Part shown: piece by piece, positions 1 through 9,515 of the stretch
How the letters are laid out: each line of letters begins with the position of its first letter
Numbering within the stretch: position 1 is the stretch's first letter
Assembly (NCBI GenBank): GCA_942493095.1
Contig: OW818675.1
Span: 2,850,001-2,882,000 of the forward strand
Source of the DNA: Candidatus Electronema halotolerans
Lineage (GTDB): Bacteria; Desulfobacterota; Desulfobulbia; Desulfobulbales; Desulfobulbaceae
DNA length: 32,000 nucleotides
Direction of reading: 5' to 3'
Notes under the pieces: model-generated
The model's input: the letters and a program-made list of their open reading frames with translations, nothing else
Database searches by the model: none
What the model was told of the DNA's origin: nothing
Translations under genes and position numbers: made by a program

Positions 1-1
1 T

Positions 2-421
2 GCGGCCATTGGCGCGAAAATCGCCTTCCCGGACAAGACCGTCATCGACATTGCCGGTGACGGCTCCATCCAGATGAACATTCAGGAGCTTGCCACAGCC
101 AAGCAGTACGGCGCGGCAGTCAAGGTGGCGATTCTCAACAACAACTATCTGGGCATGGTCCGCCAGTGGCAGGAGCTGTTCTACAACAAACGCTATTCCG
201 GCACCCCGATGGAAGTCACGCCGGACTTTGTTGAGCTGGCCAAAGCGTATGGGGCAGTCGGTCTGCGGGCCAAAACCAAGAGCGAGGTTGAGCCGGTGAT
301 CAAAGAGGCTATGGCCATCAAAGATCAGGTGGTGATCATGGACTTTGCCATCAAGCGCGAAGAGTGTGTTTTCCCGATGATCCCGGCTGGACGGTCAACC
401 ACCGAGATGCTGCTGGCCTAA
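2..421 (+). CDS. ilvB: Acetolactate synthase large subunit, C-terminal part (5' end outside window)
   Basis: Frame is open from base 2 (AAIGAKIAFPDKTVIDIAGDGSIQMNIQELATA...). It carries the ThDP-binding GDGS...NNN(Y) motif and is followed directly by ilvN. Confidence 0.9.
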   Translation, partial: AAIGAKIAFPDKTVIDIAGDGSIQMNIQELATAKQYGAAVKVAILNNNYLGMVRQWQELFYNKRYSGTPMEVTPDFVELAKAYGAVGLRAKTKSEVEPVIKEAMAIKDQVVIMDFAIKREECVFPMIPAGRSTTEMLLA

Positions 422-458
422 CCCATTTTTCTCAGGAACTCCTGCAAGGATTGACGCA

Positions 459-944
459 ATGATGAAACATACTCTTTCTGTTCTTCTTCGCAACAAGCCC
501 GGCGCGCTGTCGCGGGTGACTGGCCTGTTCAGCGGGCGCGGCTTCAACATCGAGAGCCTCTGCGTGGCCGTGACCCTTGACCCGCAGGTGTCAAGCCTGA
601 CTTTAGTGACACGGGGCAGCGACGCGATCATCGAGCAGATCATCAAGCAGCTCCACAAATTGATTGATGTCATCAAGGTGACGGATATCAGCGAGGGCGA
701 ATATGTGGAGCGCGAAATGGTGCTGATCCGGGTCAAGGCCGAGGCTGGCACCAGAGCCGAGGTGCTGCGGGTGATTGACATCTTCCGGGGCAAGGTGGTG
801 GATGTCAGCCCGACTTCCTATGCAGTGGAAGTCACTGGCTCAGAGTCCAAGATCAGGGCGGTGATCGACATTCTCCGGCCCATTGGCATCAAAGAGGTGG
901 TCCGCACCGGCACCATTGCCATGGCCCGCGCTCCGAAAAAGTAG
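459..944 (+). CDS. ilvN: Acetolactate synthase small (regulatory) subunit
   Basis: 161 aa with an N-terminal ACT domain (MMKHTLSVLLRNKPGALSRVTGLFSGRGFNIESL...), adjacent to ilvB. Confidence 0.95.
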   Translation: MMKHTLSVLLRNKPGALSRVTGLFSGRGFNIESLCVAVTLDPQVSSLTLVTRGSDAIIEQIIKQLHKLIDVIKVTDISEGEYVEREMVLIRVKAEAGTRAEVLRVIDIFRGKVVDVSPTSYAVEVTGSESKIRAVIDILRPIGIKEVVRTGTIAMARAPKK

Positions 945-976
945 CTGGGCAAACTATGCTCACAGCCCTTTCACAG

Positions 977-1008
977 GAGGCATGACAGGCGGTCATGCCT
1001 CTTTTTTT
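977..1008 (+). terminator. Rho-independent terminator after ilvN
   Basis: GAGGCATGAC-aggcg-GTCATGCCTC followed by TTTTTTT; perfect 10-bp stem. Confidence 0.85.
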
Positions 1009-1029
1009 CTTTTTATCAAAGCATGTTGA

Positions 1030-1683
1030 ATGAAAACATCTGAATTTTCCATAGCCAAAGAAGGCATTCCCTTCATCCTTCTCTGCGCCTTCATCGCCCT
1101 GATTTGCAGCATTCTTCAATACAAGCACGCCGGACTGGGGGCATTGCTGGCCACCATTTTTGTCACCTATTTTTTCCGCGATCCAGACCGGATCCTGCCG
1201 GACGAGCAGAACGCCATAGTTTCGCCTGCGGACGGCAAGGTCATCCTGGTGGAGGAAATTTTTGACGACCGTTTTCTCAAGAAAAATGTGCTCAAAATTT
1301 CCATTTTCATGAATGTCTTCGATGTCCATGTCAACCGCATTCCCTTGGCTGGCACGGTGCGGCGGATTATTTTTCAGCCGGGCCGCTTTTACGCTGCTGA
1401 CAAGGACAAGGCCGTCTTGCACAATGAATACTGCGCCGTCATTGTCAGCCCTGCTTCCGGGCAGGAATACGCTGTGGTGCAGATTGCCGGGCTGATCGCC
1501 CGCCGCATCTTATGCCGGGCCGAGCCGGGAGATCAGCTCAAGACTGGGGAACGCTTTGGCCTGATCCGTTTCGGTTCGCGGGTGGATCTGTATCTGCCGC
1601 AAGGGACAGCAGCGGCGGTGCAGGTTGGGGATAAAGTCAGAGCTGGGGAAACGGTGCTGGCGCGGATGGAAGGAACAGTTTGA
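1030..1683 (+). CDS. psd: Phosphatidylserine decarboxylase (short Psd-like form)
   Basis: 217 aa; FFRDPDR...VSPADGKV, DVHVNRIPLAG, and a C-terminal GSRVDLYLP processing-site region. Confidence 0.9.
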   Translation: MKTSEFSIAKEGIPFILLCAFIALICSILQYKHAGLGALLATIFVTYFFRDPDRILPDEQNAIVSPADGKVILVEEIFDDRFLKKNVLKISIFMNVFDVHVNRIPLAGTVRRIIFQPGRFYAADKDKAVLHNEYCAVIVSPASGQEYAVVQIAGLIARRILCRAEPGDQLKTGERFGLIRFGSRVDLYLPQGTAAAVQVGDKVRAGETVLARMEGTV

Positions 1684-1839
1684 TCGTTGCAGGCATATTC
1701 AGGCATCACAGCACCTTGTCTGCTGCCTGAGGCATGAGCTGACAAGCCGGTTGATGCTCACGCCGGACTCAGCAGCTCATGTTACACAGCATTCCTGTCT
1801 TGCAAACAAAAATGCTGTGCATCTGTTGACCTGACTGCT

Positions 1840-4128
1840 TCAGCTTTCAGCATCATCCTGCTTCAGCATGAGCGGCTTATATTCCCGGGCACCCTGCATT
1901 TCATGATTATACTGGATGATATCCCAGCCATACGTGTTGGCAGCCCGCAGACAGATATGCAGTATGGCGCGTTTGATGCCGTCATACTTCAAGGCCAGTT
2001 CAGGAGCCGCCTGTATCCAGACCATGAACTTCATGGATTTTTCATCCAATGCTCCCAATTCGATCCACGGATTGTCAATGTCAATAATATGCTCCGCATA
2101 GGGCAATTTTTTGAGTTCCTCACATAAAAACGGAGTGAGTTTGTCAACAATTTCCTGATACTCTCTATGCTGATAGGACACATGGAAATTAATGCCTGCC
2201 CAGAACGGCGTTGCCAGACTCAGCAAAGTGCTGTTCGTGAACGTGCTGGTGGGCATGTATTCATCCATATTGCAGCCGTACCAGTCAAGTTTGACATACT
2301 GCGGCGAGATCATCAGCACTTTGCGCATGATGCTCCCGTTGATCAGCACCACATCACCGACTTTGCAGGGGAACCAGACCACTGTTTGCTCATCGTAAGG
2401 ATTTGAACGCATGCCGACCAAATCTTTCAAAGGCAGCCGCAGGGTGCCGCCGCAGGTGAGCAACGGATTTTTCAGATAACTGTAAACTCCCATCATTTCG
2501 ACTCGATAGGGCAGGCCGTCAACCATGACCGCTTCGCCGTGCCGGACCGGGCCAAATCCAAGCAGCAGTTTGATTTGGTCTGCAAACTCTGGCAGGGTGT
2601 TTTTGGCTCCCCAGATGATGCCGAAGACAAGCAGTAGGACTACCGCTAAAATCAACCAGTCGCCAGAGGTGAAGAGGACGGCAACCAGCCCGCCGGTAGC
2701 GACAAGAATGGCGAGCGCATAAAACATGACATCCACCAAGTTGGCCCAGAACATGTACTTGGGCGACTTGTGGAACGGACTGATCTTCCAGATGATGCGC
2801 TGAAGCAAGCGGAAGGCTAAATAGATGCCGACAAAGGCCAGCAGGGCGAAGAACATGCTCTTGCCCCGGTGCTTGACAAAGGACTCAAAAAAGACCTTGA
2901 AAGAAGACAGCAGCGACTTGCGCTCGTTTTCTAACTGAAGGAGCTGATTCTTGTTCGCCTCCAGTCGGGTGGCAAACTCTTTTTCGAGCTGATCCCAGTA
3001 GTCTTTCCACGACTCAAGCCGCTCTTTGACCTTCTGATCGTCAGTCTTTTCCAAAAACTTGGCAAGGTCTGCGGAAGCCTGCCGCACCTGCGGAAGGCGT
3101 TTTTCCAAATAGGCAATGTCACTGCGGAGCCGCTCCATCTGCCTCGGTCGCTCCGTGGTCTCCTTCAGTTCGACAATGATGGGTGAGAAGATTTCCTTCA
3201 GCTCTTTATCCCATTCAACGTCCTTGCCTTCTTTTTTAAGAAAGGAGTTGTAATCAATGCCGGTAGTGAGCACAGAAAAATCATTTTTCGCCTTATTCAG
3301 CCGTTCGTTCAGCTCAGTGATGTATTCAGAAATATTTTTCTTTTGCTCTTCCGAACCAGCATTTTTCAACTTCTGCTCATAGGTTTTAAGCTCTCCTGTG
3401 ATCGTCTCAATAGACTTGGTCATCTCAGCAAGAGTGACGATCTTTTTGGAAAACAGTGCCTGATTCATCAACCTCTCGCTGATGATTTCAGCATCATCGC
3501 CTTCATATCCGGCTTCCTGTAAGGCACGAGCAACCTGTTCGGTTTTGCTGCCGTCAACGCCCTCCATGATCTGCGCAAGCTGATGTGCATTTTTTTTGAG
3601 CTTATTGCGCTGCTGCCGGATATCTTTGGCTATTTTGCTTCTTTCCTCCTCGATCTGCGTTTTTTCCAGCAGCTCCTCCTGCGTCTTGATTTCCGTCTCA
3701 GCTTTGTCAACGGCCAAGGCGACCGGAGCCGCCGCTTTGACGGCCTGCGCCAGCTTGATGTCCTCTTGGACAATATTGAGCACGGTGCCAATCTCGTCAG
3801 CACTTAGTCCAGCGGTTTTGAGGGCTTCGGTCAGGCTGGCTTCTGAAAAGTCCTTATCCTTCAGCTCGCTGACTTGAGCAAACTTCTCCTCATCCAGCCG
3901 TTCTTCCAGATCAGCGACAATGCTGTCCTTCAGTTTAAACAGATTATCTTGCGTCTGGGGAGGCTGCTCCGCCGCAGGAGCTGCATTATCCAGCACAGAC
4001 TGCTGTTCCGCAACTACAGGTTCATCCTGCTGCAGCGCATTCTCCTGCCCTGCGGCCTGATATGCTGTGACAAGGAAGAAAAATCCCAGCACAGCAACCG
4101 ACAATGCAATGGTTTTCTTGATTTTCAT
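1840..4128 (-). CDS. MscS-family mechanosensitive channel with large N-terminal coiled-coil region
   Basis: ORF 1840..4215. The likely start is internal, at MKIKKTIALSVAVLGFFFLVTAYQAAG (signal-like). C-terminal transmembrane and MscS-type domain (WGAKNTLPEFADQIKLLLGFGPVRHGEAVMVDGLPYRVE...). Confidence 0.7.
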   Translation of the reverse strand: MKIKKTIALSVAVLGFFFLVTAYQAAGQENALQQDEPVVAEQQSVLDNAAPAAEQPPQTQDNLFKLKDSIVADLEERLDEEKFAQVSELKDKDFSEASLTEALKTAGLSADEIGTVLNIVQEDIKLAQAVKAAAPVALAVDKAETEIKTQEELLEKTQIEEERSKIAKDIRQQRNKLKKNAHQLAQIMEGVDGSKTEQVARALQEAGYEGDDAEIISERLMNQALFSKKIVTLAEMTKSIETITGELKTYEQKLKNAGSEEQKKNISEYITELNERLNKAKNDFSVLTTGIDYNSFLKKEGKDVEWDKELKEIFSPIIVELKETTERPRQMERLRSDIAYLEKRLPQVRQASADLAKFLEKTDDQKVKERLESWKDYWDQLEKEFATRLEANKNQLLQLENERKSLLSSFKVFFESFVKHRGKSMFFALLAFVGIYLAFRLLQRIIWKISPFHKSPKYMFWANLVDVMFYALAILVATGGLVAVLFTSGDWLILAVVLLLVFGIIWGAKNTLPEFADQIKLLLGFGPVRHGEAVMVDGLPYRVEMMGVYSYLKNPLLTCGGTLRLPLKDLVGMRSNPYDEQTVVWFPCKVGDVVLINGSIMRKVLMISPQYVKLDWYGCNMDEYMPTSTFTNSTLLSLATPFWAGINFHVSYQHREYQEIVDKLTPFLCEELKKLPYAEHIIDIDNPWIELGALDEKSMKFMVWIQAAPELALKYDGIKRAILHICLRAANTYGWDIIQYNHEMQGAREYKPLMLKQDDAES

Positions 4129-4214
4129 CAAAAACTCCTGTGGAAAAATTGTTGACATGTTTTCTAAAAGACTCCTTTTCAGGATAGCACAAAGAAAGAA
4201 TGTTCCGCAACACA

Positions 4215-5036
4215 TTATATCCGTTTATCGCAGGTTATGACCGCAATGGCGGAGTGATTGTGAATGGATTCGACATTTTCTGACTCAATCGCATAGGCGA
4301 CGATGCGGTCATCCTGATTGAGCCGGACAGCAATATCCCGGACGATGTCCTCAACAAATTTTGGATTTTCATACGCCTTTTCCGTGACATATTTCTCGTC
4401 AGGCCGCTTGAGTATGCCATAGACTTCACAGGAGCCTGCCTGCTCAATGATTTTGATGATCTCCTCGATCCAGACAAAGCGTTTTATTTCCACGGTAACA
4501 GTGACATAAGAACGCTGATTGTGCGCGCCATAGCAGGAAATTTCCTTTGAGCAGGGACAGAGACTGGTGACAGGAACGACTGTTTTAACAAAAATCGCAT
4601 ATCTGCCATCAATCAGCTCGCCCATCAAGGTCACTTTATAATCCATCATGCTGCTTATGCCGGACACAGGCGCATTTTTCTTGATGAAGTAGCGGAAGGA
4701 CAATTCAAGATAAGCGTCTCTGGCATGAAGCATTTCCGTCATTTTTGACAAGGTCTCCTTGAGCGACTGCAAGGTGACGGCAAATTCTTCCGCATTCAGG
4801 ATTTCAGCAAAGCGCGACATGTGGGTGCCTTTGAAATCGCTGGGCAAGTTGACATACATGCTGCACTCGGCAACCGTGTGCTGTCCCTTGTTGAGCCGGT
4901 CTTGGACATAGACTGGCAGGCGGAAATTTTTAATGCCGACCTTGTTGATCGCGATGCCTCTCGAATCTCCCATATTTTGAATATCAGGAAGACTTTCTGT
5001 CGTCATGCGGGGAAGTGCCATTTTTTTCGTTGTCAA
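4215..5036 (-). CDS. folE2: GTP cyclohydrolase FolE2 (type IB)
   Basis: 273 aa; [22 protein letters not shown] is the characteristic FolE2 motif. Confidence 0.93.
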   Translation of the reverse strand: MTTKKMALPRMTTESLPDIQNMGDSRGIAINKVGIKNFRLPVYVQDRLNKGQHTVAECSMYVNLPSDFKGTHMSRFAEILNAEEFAVTLQSLKETLSKMTEMLHARDAYLELSFRYFIKKNAPVSGISSMMDYKVTLMGELIDGRYAIFVKTVVPVTSLCPCSKEISCYGAHNQRSYVTVTVEIKRFVWIEEIIKIIEQAGSCEVYGILKRPDEKYVTEKAYENPKFVEDIVRDIAVRLNQDDRIVAYAIESENVESIHNHSAIAVITCDKRI

Positions 5037-5078
5037 GACAGATGTTATCTGATGAAGAAAACAAGATAAATTCCTGCT

Positions 5079-5462
5079 TCAATATATCAAATCAGGGTCA
5101 AGTTCAAGAGCGTACTTTCTGACAAAATAACGTTGATAAAAATCTTTATGCACCACTTTTCCATTCCACGCAATGATATCCAGATCAATTGTCCTTGGAG
5201 TAAACTTGTCTTTACTGCGGATTCTACCCAATTGTGACTCAACCTTTTTTAAAAAAAGATTGAAGTTTTCTTCATGGTAAAAGGTGCCCACTTTGAAAGC
5301 GCAATTAAGATAATCAGGCTGAGGAACATCACCTATGGCTTTTGTTCGGGTAATTGATGATGCCAACAAAAAGGTGTGCTCTTGAGCAATCAACCTGTTT
5401 GCTTGAGAAATGTTGTATTCAGGCTCAATGTTTGAGCCGACATCAATGATGACAATGTTCAT
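5079..5462 (-). CDS. folK: 2-amino-4-hydroxy-6-hydroxymethyldihydropteridine pyrophosphokinase
   Basis: Vxx(G)SNIEPEYNI..., E..LGR(I)R..., and PRTIDLDII are HPPK signatures. Confidence 0.85.
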   Translation of the reverse strand: MNIVIIDVGSNIEPEYNISQANRLIAQEHTFLLASSITRTKAIGDVPQPDYLNCAFKVGTFYHEENFNLFLKKVESQLGRIRSKDKFTPRTIDLDIIAWNGKVVHKDFYQRYFVRKYALELDPDLIY

Positions 5463-5470
5463 GCTGCTCC

Positions 5471-5821
5471 TTAGTCTGTGGAAATTTCAATGCCAACAGA
5501 ATCACTGTAACGCAACGCCCCTGGTTTTTCCACTTTGACACGCGCCTTGAGAACTAAAGTATTTTCAGTGATAATATGCATGATTCTGGCAGAAAGTGCT
5601 TCCAAGAGATGATAAGATGATTCTTCAACTTCACGGATAATATGTTTAGTCAATGTCTTATAATTAAAAGCATCTTCTATTTTATCTGTTCTGGAGGCTT
5701 TTTCTGCATTATATTCAATGCAGATATTGATTACCACATCTTGCTTGACTGAGCGCTCCCAGTCATTTATGCCAATAATTGCACGTAATCTCAAGTTAGT
5801 TATATGAACAACTGTTTTCAT
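5471..5821 (-). CDS. folB: Dihydroneopterin aldolase/epimerase family (FolB/FolX)
   Basis: 116 aa; ITNLRLRAIIGINDWERSVKQDVVINI...; conserved GI..WER and KP/E residues. FolB and FolX cannot be separated by eye. Confidence 0.8.
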   Translation of the reverse strand: MKTVVHITNLRLRAIIGINDWERSVKQDVVINICIEYNAEKASRTDKIEDAFNYKTLTKHIIREVEESSYHLLEALSARIMHIITENTLVLKARVKVEKPGALRYSDSVGIEISTD

Positions 5822-5835
5822 AATCTGCCCCCTTT

Positions 5836-6594
5836 CTATTTATTGATATACGGACTATGGAACATTTCCAAGCTCTTCCCTGTGCAGTTCACCGAATCTC
5901 CACCATCCACGAAGAAAACCTGACCAGTTATAAAATCATTTTTTATGATATGCAGCAGCGTTTGTGTAATATTTTTTACACTCCCTTGTCTTTTTAAAGG
6001 TATTTCTTCGATTCTTTTCAATATGTTTTCCGTATCTCCTGCAACTGGAGGGAGAATGAATCCTGGAGAAATTCCATTAACACGTATGTACGGCGCAAGC
6101 TCAAGAGCAGCAGATTGAGTCAACTTTTCCAAAGCTGTTTTCGTCAGAAGATATGACATATAATGATAACTGTTAAATTTTGTCATCTTGTCTATAATAT
6201 TAACTATATTTCCATCTTTGCATCGTTTTGCAAATTCTTTGCTTAAAAAAAATGGCACCCTTAGATTAAGGGCAAATTGCGAGTCAAAAATATCATAATC
6301 TGTCTCTATTAAAGATGCTTTTTTGTATTCTGAAGCAGAATTGACCAAAAGATTAAGATACGGAAATGCAGCATAAACTTGCTCCATAAATTTGTCAAGA
6401 TGGACACACTTCAAGTCGGCATGAAACAAAAGGCATTTCTGACCGTAACTTTTTATAATATCAGCTACTTCCTTGGCATCGTTTTGAGATGAATGATAAT
6501 GGAGAGCTATGTCAAACCCATATTTGGCAAGAGCTAATGTCATCGCCCTTCCTAATCTGACCGCTCCACCCGTAACCAAAGCTGCTTGTTTCAT
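5836..6594 (-). CDS. folM: Short-chain dehydrogenase, FolM/pteridine reductase-like
   Basis: MKQAALVTGGAVRLGRAMTLALAKYGFDIALHYHSS..., NSAS, YLLTKTALE, FVDGG. Clustered with pterin genes. The track ORF extends to 6645, but the internal ATG at 6594 is more plausible. Confidence 0.75.
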   Translation of the reverse strand: MKQAALVTGGAVRLGRAMTLALAKYGFDIALHYHSSQNDAKEVADIIKSYGQKCLLFHADLKCVHLDKFMEQVYAAFPYLNLLVNSASEYKKASLIETDYDIFDSQFALNLRVPFFLSKEFAKRCKDGNIVNIIDKMTKFNSYHYMSYLLTKTALEKLTQSAALELAPYIRVNGISPGFILPPVAGDTENILKRIEEIPLKRQGSVKNITQTLLHIIKNDFITGQVFFVDGGDSVNCTGKSLEMFHSPYINK

Positions 6595-6610
6595 TGTGTC
6601 ATAGAGTTTT

Positions 6611-7477
6611 TTAAATAATATACAATGCGCTGGCCCAACCGACAAGGCTCAAGATTACATAGACAGCCAGTCCGGCTGTCAGCAAGGCCAAAGTCACCTG
6701 TCTTGTCCGGCCCGCCGCAGGCAGGAGGAGCAGCAGGCTGGTCAGGACTGCCGGAACGGCTGCTCCAGCCCAGAAGGCGGGCAGAAGGCGGAGCAGTTCT
6801 TGCAGGCCAACGAAGAACCACGGTCCGCCGATATGGAGCAGGCCAAAGCGTTCCGGCTCCAGCGGGGTGCTGAGGACAGCCGCTGCCCCCAGAAGCAGGA
6901 GCACAAGGAGGACATGGTTGCGCCAGAGCGCGCTGTAGCGTTTGAGATGCGGCCAGAGGCAGAAGCCGCCCAGCAGCATCAGCCCGGCAAGGTGATGCAG
7001 ATAGACCTTCTGCACCCCTGCCGCGCTGACATCAAAGAGGAGTTTGTTCAGCGGCCTGCCGAGCAGAGGGATGGAAAGGACAATGTTTTCGGCAATTGCT
7101 CCGGCTGCCGCGCCAGTGGCATCGTCCCGGAGGATATAGCCAGTGAAAAGAAGCAAAAGGCTGACTGGCGCAATTGCGCTCAGGCGCAGCCACGCCGTCT
7201 GGCTGAACTGAGTACTGTTTTCCCAGATAACTACAGCAAAATGGACCAGCAGGAGGAGAAAAAATACTTGGCTGGAATAATAATGCAGCGAACGCCAGAA
7301 AAAACCAAAGGGCGCAGTGAGCTGGATGGTTGCGGTGGAATAGAAGGGTTCTGCCGGATTGTATTGCAGGCCCAGCACCAAGCCGGAGAACAGGGAAATA
7401 TAGAGGCTGATCAGCGCATGGCCGCCCCAGCGCACTGAAAGAAGCCAGTTTTTCACTGCCAAGAACCGCTCGCGCAT
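6611..7477 (-). CDS. Cytochrome b (b6/N-terminal type)
   Basis: MRERFLAVKNWLLSVRWG...; heme-ligand spacings H-x13-H (LHYYSSQVFFLLLLVH) and H-x14-H (HLAGLMLLGGFCLWPH). Start overlaps the Rieske stop (ATGA). Confidence 0.85.
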   Translation of the reverse strand: MRERFLAVKNWLLSVRWGGHALISLYISLFSGLVLGLQYNPAEPFYSTATIQLTAPFGFFWRSLHYYSSQVFFLLLLVHFAVVIWENSTQFSQTAWLRLSAIAPVSLLLLFTGYILRDDATGAAAGAIAENIVLSIPLLGRPLNKLLFDVSAAGVQKVYLHHLAGLMLLGGFCLWPHLKRYSALWRNHVLLVLLLLGAAAVLSTPLEPERFGLLHIGGPWFFVGLQELLRLLPAFWAGAAVPAVLTSLLLLLPAAGRTRQVTLALLTAGLAVYVILSLVGWASALYII

Positions 7478-7956
7478 CAAACCGTCACCACGTAGCCGGT
7501 CACACTGCCGTTTTCGTCTTTCTGCACTTCCACAGGAAAAACTGGCAGATTTCGTTGCGCAGGCCCGGCCAGCCGCTCGCCCTGCGGGGTGAAGCGGCTC
7601 TGATGGCAAGGGCATTCGATGAGCTGCTTGTCTTCGAGGAAGTTGACCCGGCAGCCGAGATGGGTGCAGGTGCGCGACACTGCCCACGCCTTGCTGCGGT
7701 CTGTTCGTTCCGCAAAGAGAAAAAAATCCCGTTCAGCATGAACTCCGCTGCGCGGCAGGGGCGCGGCGATTTTCACATAGCGCGGCTCAGATTTGCGTGT
7801 GTGCCCGGTGAATTTGAGCAAAGGATGAATAAGCGCAATGCCGCTCAGGGCAGCGGCCCAGTGGAGAATGTCCGTCAGAATCCGGCGGCGGTCAGAGGAG
7901 GCAGGACAACGCATGAGATCGCTTCTTGTATAAAAGATGGGGCGGCTGTCAGCCAA
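7477..7956 (-). CDS. Rieske [2Fe-2S] protein of a cytochrome bc complex
   Basis: CTHLGC...CPCHQSRF cluster-binding motif; N-terminal hydrophobic anchor. Confidence 0.92.
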   Translation of the reverse strand: MADSRPIFYTRSDLMRCPASSDRRRILTDILHWAAALSGIALIHPLLKFTGHTRKSEPRYVKIAAPLPRSGVHAERDFFLFAERTDRSKAWAVSRTCTHLGCRVNFLEDKQLIECPCHQSRFTPQGERLAGPAQRNLPVFPVEVQKDENGSVTGYVVTV

Positions 7957-7985
7957 CTTTGCTTCTGCATCCGCCCCAAACTTTT

Positions 7986-8228
7986 CTATTTGGATTTATT
8001 GTGCTCTCTGCTGACAAAAAAGACAATCCATGCCGAATATGCTAAAGCAGATACGCCGAGTATGCCAAAAAATACCAATGCTTCTACAGAAGCTGAAGAG
8101 AATTTTGCAGCACCGAAAAGCAGAACTATTGGCACTGACAAAGCGACTATTGCGATAGCCAAGGAGGGATTTTTTACAAAATACGGAAACAATTCAGCAG
8201 CCTGCCTAATCTCAACTTTCATGATCAT
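7986..8228 (-). CDS. Small membrane protein, function unknown
   Basis: 80 aa with two predicted transmembrane helices; same orientation and just upstream of the Rieske gene. Confidence 0.5.
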   Translation of the reverse strand: MIMKVEIRQAAELFPYFVKNPSLAIAIVALSVPIVLLFGAAKFSSASVEALVFFGILGVSALAYSAWIVFFVSREHNKSK

Positions 8229-8426
8229 AACTCCTTGTTAAGGCTAAAAATACCCTGTTATCCCAACGTAAAATTACGTTGAGACAGTGAAGGAAGGGCA
8301 TTTTAGCTAACTATGCGCTATGTCATTTTGTGTATCCGTATAAATGAATGATAGTGACTCATTTTACATCAATCACTCCTGATTCGTCAATATTTAAGCT
8401 ATGGCCTCATAGCCTTTCTGCTCTGC

Positions 8427-8927
8427 TTATCTGTCAAATTTTTCCTTCAGCGCGGCCAGCACATGAGCCGGAACCATGCCGCTGACATCGCCGCCCTGCC
8501 GGGCCGCATCTTTGATAATCGAGGAGCTGATATAAATCCAGCGGAAGCCGGTCATCAGGAAAACCGTCTCCACCCGCCGCTCCAGCTTGCGGTTCATCAG
8601 GGCAAGCTGGAGTTCGTAGTCAAAGTCAGAAACTGCCCGCAGACCGCGAATAATGGCGCAGGCGTTTTTTCGCATCGCGTAATCAACAATCAGACCGCTG
8701 GTCGTATCCACCTCCACCCGGTCATTGGCGGCAAAGCACTGCTGCATCAGGCTGATCCGCTCTTCCAGATTGAACAGGGGTGTTTTATTCGGGTTGATCG
8801 CAATGGTGACAATCACCCGCTCAAACATGCGCAGGGACCGGGTGATGATGTCCACATGGCCGTTGGTGATCGGATCAAAGGTGCCGGGATAAATGGCAAT
8901 ACCAGAACTGCGCAGTTTTTCAGTCAT
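8427..8927 (-). CDS. coaD: Phosphopantetheine adenylyltransferase
   Basis: AIYPGTFDPITNGHVDII, and ISSSIIKDAARQGGDVSGMVP. Start taken as MTEKLRSSG; approximate. Confidence 0.93.
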   Translation of the reverse strand: MTEKLRSSGIAIYPGTFDPITNGHVDIITRSLRMFERVIVTIAINPNKTPLFNLEERISLMQQCFAANDRVEVDTTSGLIVDYAMRKNACAIIRGLRAVSDFDYELQLALMNRKLERRVETVFLMTGFRWIYISSSIIKDAARQGGDVSGMVPAHVLAALKEKFDR

Positions 8928-8937
8928 CGTTGTAAAG

Positions 8938-9510
8938 TCAGCTCTGTCGGTAGAGCCAGAGGCCGGTTTCCCCGTAGCTGCGCTGATCAGCGAGCCGCAG
9001 GCTGCCACAGTGCTCTGGCAGGCGAACGTTTTTACGCTCTTCCGCAATCAGCAGGCCGTCTTCAGCCAGCAGAGAGGATTGGGCAATTGCCTTCAGTGTA
9101 TGTTCCGCCAGACCTTGTTCGTAGGGCGGATCAAGAAAAATCAGCTCAAAATACAGCTCCGCAGGCAGCCTTCGGGACAGCTTGGCGATGCTGTCCGGCT
9201 TGGCAAGATCAAGCTGGAGCAGGGCCGCCTTGGCATCAACAAAGCTGCGTTTGAGCGTGTTCTGCATCAGTTCCAAAGCCTGCCGGGATTGATCAACAAA
9301 AACAACCGTTGCCGCGCCCCGGCTCAGGCTCTCCATGCCAAGGCTCCCAGTGCCTGCGTACAAATCCAGCACCCTACTGCCGGGAACCTTTGCCGCAATG
9401 ATGTTGAACAGGGCTTCGCGGACCCGGTCGCTGGTTGGCCGGATCAGCTTGCAGCCTGTTTTTGGTCCGCTGATGCTCCGGCCTTTAGCCGTGCCGCCGG
9501 TGATGCGCAT
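8938..9510 (-). CDS. rsmD: 16S rRNA (guanine966-N2)-methyltransferase RsmD
   Basis: MRITGGTAKGR...RPTSDRVREALFNII...VLDLYAGTGSLGMESLSRGA...FLDPPY. Confidence 0.93.
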   Translation of the reverse strand: MRITGGTAKGRSISGPKTGCKLIRPTSDRVREALFNIIAAKVPGSRVLDLYAGTGSLGMESLSRGAATVVFVDQSRQALELMQNTLKRSFVDAKAALLQLDLAKPDSIAKLSRRLPAELYFELIFLDPPYEQGLAEHTLKAIAQSSLLAEDGLLIAEERKNVRLPEHCGSLRLADQRSYGETGLWLYRQS

Positions 9511-9515
9511 GATGA

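Noticed and set aside
1735-1779. Imperfect TGAGCTG...CAGCTCA dyad between psd and the MscS gene
   Set aside because: Could be a bidirectional terminator, but the stem is short, the loop long and there is no T run; too weak to call.
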